A model generated the notes under the pieces. It did not search any database, was not told where the DNA came from, and saw only the letters and a program-made list of their open reading frames with translations. A DNA stretch of 64,000 bases from an uncultured Gemmatimonadales bacterium. Lineage in GTDB: Bacteria > Gemmatimonadota > Gemmatimonadetes > Gemmatimonadales > GWC2-71-9. The stretch spans positions 125,684 through 189,683 of the forward strand of contig CAVOGH010000002.1 in the NCBI GenBank assembly GCA_963695185.1, read 5' to 3'. The translations under genes were made by a program, and so were the position numbers. Shown one piece after another: positions 1 to 9,849 of this stretch; the first letter of the stretch is position 1; every line of letters starts with the position of its first letter.

Positions 1-806
1 GGCCGGCCTGTTGCTGGCAGGTGCCGGCGCGCTGGCTGCCGTGCCTGGTCCTGCGCCAGTCGCGGGAACCGGATCTGGTTCCGGACAGTACCGCCCAGGT
101 ACCGGCACCCGGTCCGGCCGCGGACAGTCTGCTCTTCGCGGAGCGGGGTGCGGCCACCTACGCCCGGCAGCGCGCCGAGGCGGGCGGCGCCAGTCCTGAG
201 GCCCTGGCCGCCGGGGACATGCTCGTCGCCAGAGCCGAGTCGCTGGCCGCCCTCGGCCAGAAGACCGAGGCGACTCTCCTGCTCTCGCGCGCCACCGCGC
301 TGTGGGGCTCGGCGGAGCGCCCGACCCCGGTTCCCAGTCAGACACCCGCACCCAATGCCGCCCCCGGGCCCACCCAGAATCCCCGGGCGGGCACCCCGCC
401 CCGCCAGCCCGTGGAATCGGCGGGCGGCCGGCCAGCGCCGACCGACAGCCCGCCCGTCAGTGACTCGCTGGTGGTGGCCGGCTTCTACGCCGAGCTGGAG
501 CAGGCGATCGAGTCACGTCAGGTGGGCGAGATCCGTCGGCTGCTGCCGAACATGTCGGCCACCGAGGAACTCAGCTGGCGCAACATGCTGGACGACAACG
601 ACATCCGCGTGGTAGAAGCGACCTACGAGGTCCGCGCCGTCACCCGGCGTGAGGGGGGCCAGCTGCATGCCCGGGTCGGGCAGCTGGTGCAGCTCATCCG
701 CAAGAACGGCAAGGTGGACACCAAGCGCAGGGAAACCCGGCTGACGGTCCTCACCGAGGGGCCGCAGGGATGGCGGGAGATCCGCTCGGTCAAGGCACCG
801 TCATGA
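1..806 (+). CDS. 3' part of a membrane-anchored protein (TM helix, Pro-rich linker, C-terminal domain); possibly the tail of a Ser/Thr kinase
   Basis: Frame 2 reads hydrophobic [14 protein letters not shown], then frame 3 continues LVLRQSREP (apparent frameshift near 45). The TGA stop overlaps the next ATG (ATGA 803-806). 5' end lies outside the window. Confidence 0.55.
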   Translation, partial: PACCWQVPARWLPCLVLRQSREPDLVPDSTAQVPAPGPAADSLLFAERGAATYARQRAEAGGASPEALAAGDMLVARAESLAALGQKTEATLLLSRATALWGSAERPTPVPSQTPAPNAAPGPTQNPRAGTPPRQPVESAGGRPAPTDSPPVSDSLVVAGFYAELEQAIESRQVGEIRRLLPNMSATEELSWRNMLDDNDIRVVEATYEVRAVTRREGGQLHARVGQLVQLIRKNGKVDTKRRETRLTVLTEGPQGWREIRSVKAPS

Positions 807-1219
807 CGCCCCCATTTCACCTGGCCTTTCCGGTGCACGATCTCGCCGCCGCCCGGCGGTTCTACGGCGGCCTGCTCGGCTGTGCGGAAGGGCGCAGCGC
901 CGAGCACTGGGTGGACTTCGACTTCTACGGTCACCAGCTGGTGGCCCATCTCTCACCCGCCGAGGCCGGGCCGGCCAGCGCCAACCAGGTGGACGGCAAG
1001 AACGTGCCGGTACGGCACTTCGGCGTGATCCTGGACTGGGACGCCTGGCACACGCTCGCCGACCGGCTCCGCGCGGCAGGGGTCAGGTTCATCATCGAGC
1101 CCGGCATCCGGTTCGCAGGAGAAGTGGGCGAACAGGCCACGATGTTCCTGCTGGACCCCTCGGGCAATGCCCTCGAGTTCAAGACCTTCCGGGACATGAG
1201 CCGAATCTTCGCCCGATGA
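803..1219 (+). CDS. VOC family (glyoxalase/dioxygenase-like) protein
   Basis: [39 protein letters not shown] and [13 protein letters not shown] motifs; ATG at 803. Confidence 0.9.
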   Translation: MTPPFHLAFPVHDLAAARRFYGGLLGCAEGRSAEHWVDFDFYGHQLVAHLSPAEAGPASANQVDGKNVPVRHFGVILDWDAWHTLADRLRAAGVRFIIEPGIRFAGEVGEQATMFLLDPSGNALEFKTFRDMSRIFAR

Positions 1220-1250
1220 ACCGGTCCCCTGCCCCCAGTGGAAAAACCCC

Positions 1251-3353
1251 ATGCGCCTCCGCCCGCTGCTCCTCATGACGGTGCTCGGAACATCCGCGGT
1301 TCCGGCCGGGGCCCAGGACAGCCCGGACCCGTATCTATGGCTCGAGCAGGTCACGGCGGATTCCGCTCTCGACTGGGTGCGACAGCGAAACGCCGCGAGC
1401 ACCGGTCAACTCGCTGCGACCGAGGCCTTCGAGACCTTCAACGCGCGGATTCTCTCCATCCTCGATTCCGACGCCCGTATTCCCTACGTCGAGAAGATCG
1501 GGACACGCTACTACAACCTCTGGCGCGACGCCGCCAACCCGCGCGGAATCTGGCGGCGGACTACCCTGACCGAGTACCGCAAGGCGGAACCGAAGTGGCA
1601 GACCGTACTTGACCTCGACGCACTGGGGAAGGAGGAAGGGGAGAACTGGGTCTGGAGCGGCGCCAGCTGCCTGCGGCCCAAATATCGGCGCTGCCTGCTC
1701 TCGCTCTCGCGCGGCGGCGCCGATGCCGACGTGGTGCGGGAGTTCGATCTCGTCACCCGGCAGTTCGTCCCGGGCGGCTTCACCCTGCCGGAAGCCAAGT
1801 CGAGTATCACCTGGCGGGACGAGAACACCGTGTTCGTCGGCACCGACTTCGGCCCCGGCTCGATGACCAGTTCCGGGTATCCCCGGATCGTCAAGGAATG
1901 GCGCCGGGGCACGCCGCTCGACTCCGCGGTGACCTTCTTCGAGGCACGTCCGGAGGACGTCTGGGCCTACGGCTGGCGCGACCTCACCCCCGGTTTCGAA
2001 CGGGACTTCATACTGCGGGGAATCACCTTCTACTCCAACGAGATGTTCCTCCGCCGGGACGGTCGGCTGATCCGGCTGGACAAGCCGGACGATGCCAACG
2101 CCGGGGTCCACCGCGAGTGGCTGTTCCTCGAACTCCGGAGCGACTGGACGGTCGCCGGCACCACCTATCCGGCCGGCGCTCTGCTGGCCACCGGGTTCGA
2201 TGCCTTCCTCGCGGGCGAGCGCACCTTTCACGTCCTTTTCACCCCCACCGAGCGGAAATCGCTGGTGGGCTATACCGCTACCCGCCATCACCTGCTGCTC
2301 AACGAGCTCGATAACGTCCGCAACCGCCTGTACCTCCTCACATGGAAGCACGGCCAGTGGCTGCGCCAGCCGCTGGCCGGCACGCCCGAGTTCGGAAACA
2401 TCTCGGCCGACGCCGTGGACCCGGATTCCTCCGACGCCTACTTCCTGACCATCACCGACTTCATCACCCCGACCAGCCTCGCCTACGGGGCGGCCGGCGG
2501 CGCTCCGCCCAGGCGCATCAAGCAGCTCCCGGCGTTCTTCAATGCCACCGGGCTCGCCATCACCCAGCACGAGACGGCCTCGGCCGACGGCACCCGCGTG
2601 CCGTACTTCCAGGTGGCCCGGTCCGACCTCGCACTGACGGGGGAGACACCCACGCTGCTGTACGGGTACGGTGGATTCGAGGTCCCGATGCTGCCCGGCT
2701 ACAGCGCCGGCGTGGGCGCGGCGTGGCTGGAGCGGGGCGGCGTCTATGTGCTGGCCAACATCCGCGGCGGCGGCGAGTTCGGGCCGCGGTGGCACCAGGC
2801 AGCGCTCAAGGCCAACCGGCACAAGGCCTACGAGGACTTCATTGCCGTGGCGGAGGATCTGTTGCGCCGCCGGGTGACCTCGCCGCCCCGGCTCGGGATC
2901 ATGGGCGGCAGCAACGGCGGCCTGCTGATGGGGAACATGCTCACCCTGAGACCGGACCTCTTCGGCGCCATCGTCTGCCAGGTGCCGCTGCTGGACATGC
3001 GGCGGTATCACACCCTCCTGGCGGGCGCGTCGTGGATGGGCGAGTACGGCAATCCTGATGACCCGGCGGAGTGGGAGTTCATCCGGACCTTCTCCCCGTA
3101 CCACAACGTCAGGGTCGGCGTCCGGTATCCTCCGATCCTGTTCACCACCTCGACCCGGGACGACCGGGTGCATCCGGGCCATGCGCGGAAGATGGTGGCC
3201 CGCATGCTGGAGCAGGGCCACAACGTGCTCTATTACGAGAACATCGAAGGCGGACATGCGGGGGCAGCCGACAACCGCCAGGCGGCCTTCATGTCTGCGC
3301 TGGGCTACACCTTCCTCTGGCGGGAACTTGGGCCGGCTGCCTCGGTGCCCTGA
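1251..3353 (+). CDS. Prolyl oligopeptidase (S9A), secreted
   Basis: Signal peptide, DPYLWLE, YGYGGF, NIRGGGEFG, catalytic GGSNGG, DDRVHP, EGGH. Confidence 0.95.
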   Translation: MRLRPLLLMTVLGTSAVPAGAQDSPDPYLWLEQVTADSALDWVRQRNAASTGQLAATEAFETFNARILSILDSDARIPYVEKIGTRYYNLWRDAANPRGIWRRTTLTEYRKAEPKWQTVLDLDALGKEEGENWVWSGASCLRPKYRRCLLSLSRGGADADVVREFDLVTRQFVPGGFTLPEAKSSITWRDENTVFVGTDFGPGSMTSSGYPRIVKEWRRGTPLDSAVTFFEARPEDVWAYGWRDLTPGFERDFILRGITFYSNEMFLRRDGRLIRLDKPDDANAGVHREWLFLELRSDWTVAGTTYPAGALLATGFDAFLAGERTFHVLFTPTERKSLVGYTATRHHLLLNELDNVRNRLYLLTWKHGQWLRQPLAGTPEFGNISADAVDPDSSDAYFLTITDFITPTSLAYGAAGGAPPRRIKQLPAFFNATGLAITQHETASADGTRVPYFQVARSDLALTGETPTLLYGYGGFEVPMLPGYSAGVGAAWLERGGVYVLANIRGGGEFGPRWHQAALKANRHKAYEDFIAVAEDLLRRRVTSPPRLGIMGGSNGGLLMGNMLTLRPDLFGAIVCQVPLLDMRRYHTLLAGASWMGEYGNPDDPAEWEFIRTFSPYHNVRVGVRYPPILFTTSTRDDRVHPGHARKMVARMLEQGHNVLYYENIEGGHAGAADNRQAAFMSALGYTFLWRELGPAASVP

Positions 3354-3370
3354 CCGGTGGAGCCCGCACG

Positions 3371-5092
3371 GTGATCCCGCTCTCGGAACTCCACGCCGCG
3401 ATCCTGCAGGCAGCGATCACTCTCGGCATCGCCGGGATGAGCGCGGTGCTGTATGCGCGCTTCCGCAAGCCGCACTTTTTCTGGTGGGCGGTGGCGTGGG
3501 CGCTGTATGTCGGCCGACTCGGCGCGATCCTGATCTTCGTGCCGACGGCGGAGCTGTTCTGGCTCTACGCGCACCAGGTCGCCACCGGCTGGACCGCCCT
3601 GGCCCTGCTGTGGAGCGCGCTGGTGTTCTCCCGGGGCGCCACCTTCCGGCGCTGGTACCTCCTGGTGGTGCTGTTCCCGCCGCTGTGGTCCTTCTACGCC
3701 ATCTATCATCTTGGCACCGAGGACCAGTTCCTGTACGCCGCCCTGCCCGCCGTGCTCTTCCTGAGTGGCGCGACCCTGTGGACCTCCGGGGTCTTCTTTC
3801 GCTTTCGCCGTCAAACCGGATCCTCCGGCGCCGGGCTCCTGGCCGTGGCGTTCCTGCTCTGGGGCCTGCACCACCTCGACTATCCCATCCTGCGGGCCCG
3901 CGGCGCCTGGAATCCCTGGGGCTATTACCTCGACATCGTCTTTGCCCTGCTGGTGGGAACCGGCATCCTCTGGCTGGTGGTGGAAGACCTGCAGCGCGGG
4001 GTGGGGGCGCTGTCCACCATGTCCGGCGACCTCCAGCCCGGCGAGCGGAGCGACGACATCTCCGGGGCGCTGCTGGCCCGGGCGCTGGTCCTGCCCGGCG
4101 TCCGCGGCAGCGCGTTGTACGACCGCGAGACCGGCCGGGTGGTTCGCGGACTGGGGAGCCGTGGCCTCCTGGGAGGGACAGCCCCCCGACGGCGCCGCGC
4201 AGGACCTCATCGGCGACGTGCTCAGCACCGGCGGACCCAGCTCCCGCACTGGCGGCGCATACGCCTACGCCGCGGCGCTGCCGGTGATGCGGCGGGAGGA
4301 GGTCGCCGGGGTGATGCTCATCCTGGGAGACGCGCGGGATCCGTTCACCGCCCTCGACACGCGGTTCCTCCGGGCGCTCGGCCAGCAGGTCGGCGCCGCA
4401 CTCGAGAATGCCGATCTCGGCCGACGGCTCCGCCGCCGCACTGCGGAGCTGGAGCGGCTCTCCACCCGCATGGTGCAGCAGCACGAGGAGGAGCGGCGCC
4501 GGCTGTCGCTGGAGTTGCACGACGAGACCGCCCAGGTCTTCTCCGCCGTCAAGCTCCGACTCGGCCTGGTCCGCGAGCAGGTGCCGGCCCCCCAGGCGGA
4601 CCAGCTTGGCCGGGTGGTGGAACTGGTGGACGCCGGCATGGCGAGTATCCGGAGCGTAACGGAGGCGCTCCGGCCGTCGCTGCTGGACGACCTCGGCCTC
4701 CTCCCCGCCATCCGGGCGCTGGCCGGTGATTTCGAGGCCCGCACCGGCGTGCGCACGACCTTCGCCGGGCCCGAGGAGTTGCCGCGACTGAGTGAGTTCG
4801 CCGAACTGGCCCTGTTTCGGGCGGTGCAGGAGGGGCTCTCCAACATTGCGCGGCACGCCGAGGCCGAGATGGCCACGGTAGACCTCGCCGTGGACGCGGG
4901 CCACCTTACGGCGGAGATCCGCGATGACGGCACCGGCCCCGGCGACACCCCGACCGAGGAACGGATGGGGCTCACCGGGATGCGCGAGCGGGTCGCGGCT
5001 CTGGGGGGAGCGTCACGCTCGAGCGAAGCCCGCGGCGGGGAATGGAACTGCGGATCCGGCTGCCCCTCAACGATCAGGTACTGGCGCCATGA
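3371..5092 (+). CDS. Sensor histidine kinase (multi-TM N-terminus, GAF-like domain, HisKA_3, HATPase_c); two apparent frameshifts
   Basis: GTG at 3371 begins about 7 TM helices. After a shift near 4157: EERRRLSLELHDE (H-box), QEGLSNIARHA, IRDDGTG, MGLTGMRERV. After a shift near 5005: GSVTLERSPRRGMELRIRLP, ending in ATGA overlap with the regulator. Confidence 0.85.
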
Positions 5093-5754
5093 ACGACCTC
5101 CCGGTGCGGGTGATGCTGGTGGATGATCACACCCTCGTGCGCGAGGGCATCCGCAGCGTGCTGACCGATACGCCCGGGGTCGAGGTCGTGGCCGAGGCGG
5201 GGGACGGCGAGACCGCCCTCCGGCTCGCCGCTGAGACCCGGCCGGACCTGGTGGTCCTGGACCTGTCGCTGCCCGGGGCCGGCGGGCTGGAGGTGACCAC
5301 CCGCCTCAAGGAGCTGCTACCGGCGGTGAAGGTGCTCATCCTCAGCGTGCACGATCACCCCGAGTACGTCTTGGGGGCGGTGCGGGCAGGTGCCCAGGGA
5401 TATTTGCGGAAGGACACCAGTCCGGCCGAACTGCGACAAGGGCTGCGCGCGGTGGCGCGAGGCGAGTCGTATTTCAGCCCGCCAGTGGCGCGGCACCTTA
5501 CCGCCGCCGTACGAGGGGAGGTAGAGCCGGGTGGGGACCCCGAACTGCGCCTGAGCCAGCTCACCCCGCGGGAGCGGGAGGTCCTGGCCGGCATCGCCGC
5601 GGGAGAGACCAGCCGGGCCATGGCGACCCGGCTGGGTCTCTCCCCCCGGACCGTCGAGAGCTACCGGGAGGGGCTGACCCGGAAGCTCGGCATCCGGACG
5701 GTGGCTGGGCTGGTGCGATTCGCCATGGATTCCGGGCTGGTCAAGCCCAGCTAG
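5089..5754 (+). CDS. NarL/FixJ (LuxR-type HTH) response regulator
   Basis: VMLVDDHTLVREG, PDLVVLDLSLP, GAQGYLRK, LTPREREVL..IAAG..LSPRTVE. Confidence 0.95.
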   Translation: MNDLPVRVMLVDDHTLVREGIRSVLTDTPGVEVVAEAGDGETALRLAAETRPDLVVLDLSLPGAGGLEVTTRLKELLPAVKVLILSVHDHPEYVLGAVRAGAQGYLRKDTSPAELRQGLRAVARGESYFSPPVARHLTAAVRGEVEPGGDPELRLSQLTPREREVLAGIAAGETSRAMATRLGLSPRTVESYREGLTRKLGIRTVAGLVRFAMDSGLVKPS

Positions 5755-5768
5755 GGTAGGCAGCGCTC

Positions 5769-7886
5769 CTACGGCAGCACGTCCGCACGCACGCCAAGGT
5801 AGAAACGCCGTTCCACCTGCCCCGGCCAGTCAGCCGGCCGCGCGTCAAAGACGTTGTCCACTCCGGCGTTGACCCGAAGCCCGCGAGTCACGCTCCCGGC
5901 CAGGTGCAAGTCGGTTGAGAGGAACGCCCCCCGCTCCCCCGTCACCCGGGTCTGCCCCGCCGCAGTGCCTAGCACCGGTGCCGGGCCGGTGTAGCGCGCC
6001 GTTACATCCAGGGCACCGCCGGGCATGAAGCCGAGAAGCCGGGTCACTCGGACCCTCCCGGTATGGGAGGCGCGCCGATCAAGCGGCAGATCGGCACCGA
6101 GATCCCGGGCGCGGAGGTAGTCGTACCCGGTGGCCAGGATCCACGCCCCGAACACCCGGCGCAGGTCTACTTCGAGGCCCTCCGTTCGGGCCCGGTCGAC
6201 ATTGCGCGGCTGAAGAATCAAGAGGCCCGCTGGCGTCGAGCCGGCCGTGGCGAAATCGATCAGGTCCCGCAGCGAGTTCCGGTAGGTCTCAATGCCGAAG
6301 CGCCACCCGCCACCCGGTGCCCAGGTGACCCCTGTGGAGTAGCTCCACGAGCGCTCGGGGCGGAGGTCCGGATTGCCCTGGATGACGTACCCCGCCGCGG
6401 CGTTGGAGAACGTCCACGCCAGCTCCTTGAAGCTCGGCCCCCGGAACCCGCGCGCCGCGGCGGCGCGCCAGCGGAGCGTCGGGGTAATCTCCCAGGCCGC
6501 GCCCACGCTCGGGGTGAGCGCTGTTCCCCAACGCGAATTGTGGCTGACCCGGGCGCCGCCGGTCAGGTACCAGCGGCCCAGCTGCCAGCCATCCTGCCCA
6601 AAGACATCAAGATTCTCGTCGCTGCCGGCGCCTACGCTGATACGGCCCGGTGCATCTACCCGCCGGAGCGTGGCCTCGACCCCCACGTCGAGGAGGTGCG
6701 CGCCGGCCGGCCGGCTCCAGGCCAGCACGGTTCGCAGGGACTGCTCGGACTGGGAGGGTGCACTGTCGGTCGCGATGGGCTGGCTGCCCCGGGAAAGCCG
6801 GTATCGATACGAGAACTGCTGCCCGGCGGTGCGGGCACGGAGCGTCCCCCCCGCCGCGCTGGCCGTCGCCTCGAGCAGGGCGCTGGCACCCCACGTATCC
6901 ACGAAAGCGTTGAACCCGCCGCTGACCGGCCACCGCTGCCGGGTGCGGTCGTAACCGCCGTCAATTCGAAGACGAGTTCCCCCGACCGTCGGACGCGCAG
7001 TGCCGCGAACATCCCAGGTCCGCTCGAACGCCGAGCCGGCGCTGTCGAGGCCCGCCACCTGATCCGTCTGCCGCCACCCGCCCGCGAGGCGAAAACCGGT
7101 ACCGCCGCCCCGGACGAGCGCCACATTCCCCTCCCGGCGGCCGCCGGTGCCCGCGCGCCCCTCCGCCGACAGCCGGAGCGGCCCCACTGGCGCGGCGGTG
7201 ACCACATTGATGACCCCGCCGATTGCATCGGAGCCGTGCTCCAGCGAGCCCGGACCCTTGGTGACCTCGATGCGGTCCACCGCCAGGGTCGAGGTGCGGC
7301 TCAGGTCGCGATTCTCCAGCATCGGGCCGCCCACCGGCTGGCCATCGACCAGCAGCAGCACTCGCGCCGCCCCGAGCCCGCGGATGTAGAGGCTGCTGCC
7401 CGCCGGGAAGCCCGCTCCCTGCTGCACCCCCGGCAGCTCTGCCACCACCTGATCCACGGCGGTCGCGGCCTGAGCATCGATCTCCCGGGCGGGGATGGTC
7501 ACAATGGAACCGGTTGCCTCGGCAATACTGCGCTCCCGGCCCGCCACCGTCGTGACGATCTCCGGCAGCACTGTGGCCTCCGGCACCAGAATCACGACGA
7601 CCTCACCGGCCACCCCCGCAGCGACCGGCTGCCGGACTGCGGCATACCCGAGGGCAGAGACCAGGAGGGTGTCGTCGAGGGCCGAAGACGGGAGCACGAT
7701 GCGTCCGCTCTGGTCGGCCAGGGCTGCCTGACGGGAGCCGAGCAGCCGGGCCCGGGCGCCGGAGATCACCTGATGGGTGCCGGCATCCCGCGCCAGCACC
7801 ACCAGCGCCGGCACCGGCGCCTGACAGAGCACCGGTGAGGCGCCGCCACCGCACAGCAACAGGAAGGCGAGCGCCCGCCGCGGCAT
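5769..7886 (-). CDS. TonB-dependent receptor (HmuR/BtuB-like)
   Basis: Signal peptide, N-terminal carboxypeptidase-regulatory-like domain, plug YIRGLG..LLVDG..RIEVTKGPGS..GSDAIGGVINVVT, GFRGPSF..GNPDLRPE, GVDNVFD. Confidence 0.92.
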   Translation of the reverse strand: MPRRALAFLLLCGGGASPVLCQAPVPALVVLARDAGTHQVISGARARLLGSRQAALADQSGRIVLPSSALDDTLLVSALGYAAVRQPVAAGVAGEVVVILVPEATVLPEIVTTVAGRERSIAEATGSIVTIPAREIDAQAATAVDQVVAELPGVQQGAGFPAGSSLYIRGLGAARVLLLVDGQPVGGPMLENRDLSRTSTLAVDRIEVTKGPGSLEHGSDAIGGVINVVTAAPVGPLRLSAEGRAGTGGRREGNVALVRGGGTGFRLAGGWRQTDQVAGLDSAGSAFERTWDVRGTARPTVGGTRLRIDGGYDRTRQRWPVSGGFNAFVDTWGASALLEATASAAGGTLRARTAGQQFSYRYRLSRGSQPIATDSAPSQSEQSLRTVLAWSRPAGAHLLDVGVEATLRRVDAPGRISVGAGSDENLDVFGQDGWQLGRWYLTGGARVSHNSRWGTALTPSVGAAWEITPTLRWRAAAARGFRGPSFKELAWTFSNAAAGYVIQGNPDLRPERSWSYSTGVTWAPGGGWRFGIETYRNSLRDLIDFATAGSTPAGLLILQPRNVDRARTEGLEVDLRRVFGAWILATGYDYLRARDLGADLPLDRRASHTGRVRVTRLLGFMPGGALDVTARYTGPAPVLGTAAGQTRVTGERGAFLSTDLHLAGSVTRGLRVNAGVDNVFDARPADWPGQVERRFYLGVRADVLP

Positions 7887-8947
7887 TATTGCACCCTGGC
7901 GTACCGGACCGTGGGATAGCCGCTGGCGCCGGTGTCGCTATAGTAGCCGATGAGCTGGAGCTTGTAGACCGCGTTCCCGACCCGGATCAGGTAGATGTTG
8001 AACGTCGGCGTGAGTCGCTGGTCGCCCGCCAGGTCGTACAGGAACGGAGCCGCGGGATTGGAGAAGGAACTGGGAATCGGCCCGGAGATCCTGGCCAAGA
8101 ACGGGCCATACTCGGGCGCGTCATCGGCGCGGGTCACCGTGGTGAAGCTCTGGGACACATCCAGCGGGAAGCTGCCGGTGCCGCAGCCGCCGCTGATGCT
8201 CACCAGAAATGTCACCTCGGCGCTCACGTCCCAGCCGCAGCCGGTGGCTGCCACCGCCGTGCCGGTTCCGAAGTCCACCGCATTGAGGCCGCCGGTGGTC
8301 CCGACGGTGAGTTGCTGGGCGGTGCCGAGGTTGCCGTTCTGGTCCGCCAAGCGCCATTCGAAAGTCACCGAATCGAGCGTGCTCTGGGTCGCCACGATTC
8401 GCGCCACCCGCGCCAGCGCATGGCCCGAGCCGGCGCGGGCCACCTTCCAGGCCGCCTGCGGATTGGCCACCAGCCCGTTCGCGAATGGATCGAACCGGAA
8501 CCAGGAGGCATAGTCGGGGCCGAGCCCTTCGCTCGTGAACGACCCCGCGCCCGGCACATCCGAGCTCGACACCGCTTCGAAGCCGGGCAACTGGTTGCCC
8601 GCAGTGTAGGCCAGGAAGGCGGCGGTGTCGGAGGCGGCGTTGTTGGCTAGGTTGAACCCGGTTACCCCCTTGGTTCCCCCCACCCCGCCGTTGAGCCGGA
8701 CCGTGTACCGGCGGAACGCCAGGTCCCACTCAGCGTCGCTGGCCGGGGAGACCACCTCGACCGCCGAATCCCCTTCGAACCGCAGGTACGCAAAGCCGGT
8801 CTGTGAGCTTGCGTTCAGGTTGATCTGGCCAGTACGGGGAATCCTCGAGGGGCCGGCGGAATCGCCTTCACAGGCGGAGAGGACCACGGCGGGGAGCAGG
8901 AATGCGAACGCCCGGAGGGCGCGGGGCGCGAACGTGAGGGTAGTCAT
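7886..8947 (-). CDS. HmuY-family lipoprotein
   Basis: Lipobox VLSAC; WDLAFRRYTVRLNGG; C-terminal YLIR...YKLQLIGYY..TG.SGYPTVRY typical of HmuY; stop overlaps the receptor start. Confidence 0.82.
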   Translation of the reverse strand: MTTLTFAPRALRAFAFLLPAVVLSACEGDSAGPSRIPRTGQINLNASSQTGFAYLRFEGDSAVEVVSPASDAEWDLAFRRYTVRLNGGVGGTKGVTGFNLANNAASDTAAFLAYTAGNQLPGFEAVSSSDVPGAGSFTSEGLGPDYASWFRFDPFANGLVANPQAAWKVARAGSGHALARVARIVATQSTLDSVTFEWRLADQNGNLGTAQQLTVGTTGGLNAVDFGTGTAVAATGCGWDVSAEVTFLVSISGGCGTGSFPLDVSQSFTTVTRADDAPEYGPFLARISGPIPSSFSNPAAPFLYDLAGDQRLTPTFNIYLIRVGNAVYKLQLIGYYSDTGASGYPTVRYARVQ

Positions 8948-9022
8948 GGCAGCAGATCCGCGGTTGTTAGGAGAGCGTCTCAGCGCACGGTCAATCTAGG
9001 GAACGCTGGGAGTTTGCGGCAT

Positions 9023-9087
9023 TCGGGGAATTACGGTGGGGGAACTGCTCCGTAGAACTACGGTAGGGCCGCTCAGGGGCATTCCGG
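9023..9087. promoter_or_regulatory. Three 6-2-6 inverted-repeat boxes, putative NarL-family regulator sites
   Basis: CCGTAG-AA-CTACGG perfect at 9050-9063; TCGGGG-AA-TTACGG at 9023-9036; CAGGGG-CA-TTCCGG at 9074-9087; minus-strand -10-like TAGATT at 8993-8998. Confidence 0.6.
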
Positions 9088-9140
9088 ATACCGCGGGCGG
9101 CCGCGACCTCCTACACTTGGCGCCATCCCACCGAGGTGCC

Positions 9141-9845
9141 ATGAGAAGTCTGATTCATTACATCCCCATCCTCACTACCCTCCTCGCACTCGGGTTTGCC
9201 GTCGTGCTGTTCCGGCGACACCGGGAGCGGGGCGGGCCCCACCTCTTGTGGTGGGGGCTGGGCATGTTGACGTACGCGGCGGGAACCATCACCGAATCCC
9301 TGACCACCCTGCTAGGCTGGCACGAGCCGGTCTTCCGGACGTGGTACATCACCGGGGCCCTGCTGGGCGGCGCCCCACTGGCGCAGGGCACGGTCTACCT
9401 GCTGCTTTCCCGCCGCACCGCCAACCGCCTGACAGTGGCGCTGGTCGCGGCGGTGCTCTTCGGCTCGGCCTGCGTGCTGCTCTCCCCGATCGACTACACC
9501 GCGGTGGAGCCGTACCGGCTCTCCGGCCGGGTACTGGCCTGGCAGTGGGTCCGGCTGGTGAGCCCATTCATCAACTTGTACGCGGCGGGGTTCCTGATCG
9601 GGGGAGCGATTCTGTCGGCCTTCCGCTACATGGGGGCGCCCGAGAGCCGGCACCGGGTCTGGGCCAATGTGGCGATCGCCATCGGGGCGCTGCTTCCCGG
9701 CATCGGCGGGACGTACACGCGGATGGGTTACGTCGAGGTGTTGTACGTGACCGAGTTCGTGGGCCTGGTGTTCATTGCGCTGGGGTACCGCCTGAGCGTC
9801 GGGCCGGTGTTCGCTGCACCGCTGCGAGCCGCCCTGCCCCAGTGA
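9141..9845 (+). CDS. Integral membrane protein, about 7 TM, unknown function
   Basis: ATG at 9141 after GAGG; hydrophobic throughout. Confidence 0.8.
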   Translation: MRSLIHYIPILTTLLALGFAVVLFRRHRERGGPHLLWWGLGMLTYAAGTITESLTTLLGWHEPVFRTWYITGALLGGAPLAQGTVYLLLSRRTANRLTVALVAAVLFGSACVLLSPIDYTAVEPYRLSGRVLAWQWVRLVSPFINLYAAGFLIGGAILSAFRYMGAPESRHRVWANVAIAIGALLPGIGGTYTRMGYVEVLYVTEFVGLVFIALGYRLSVGPVFAAPLRAALPQ

Positions 9846-9849
9846 ACCC

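Noticed and set aside
1335-3257. Long antisense and alternate-frame ORFs (also 6063-7838, 25903-27432, 36088-37794, 48192-50666 and many more)
   Set aside because: Shadow ORFs expected at high GC; they overlap genes with clear family motifs and have low-complexity R/G/A/P translations
4150-5010. Programmed ribosomal frameshifting in the kinase and other split genes
   Set aside because: No consistent slippery site and too many unrelated genes are affected; sequencing error is simpler
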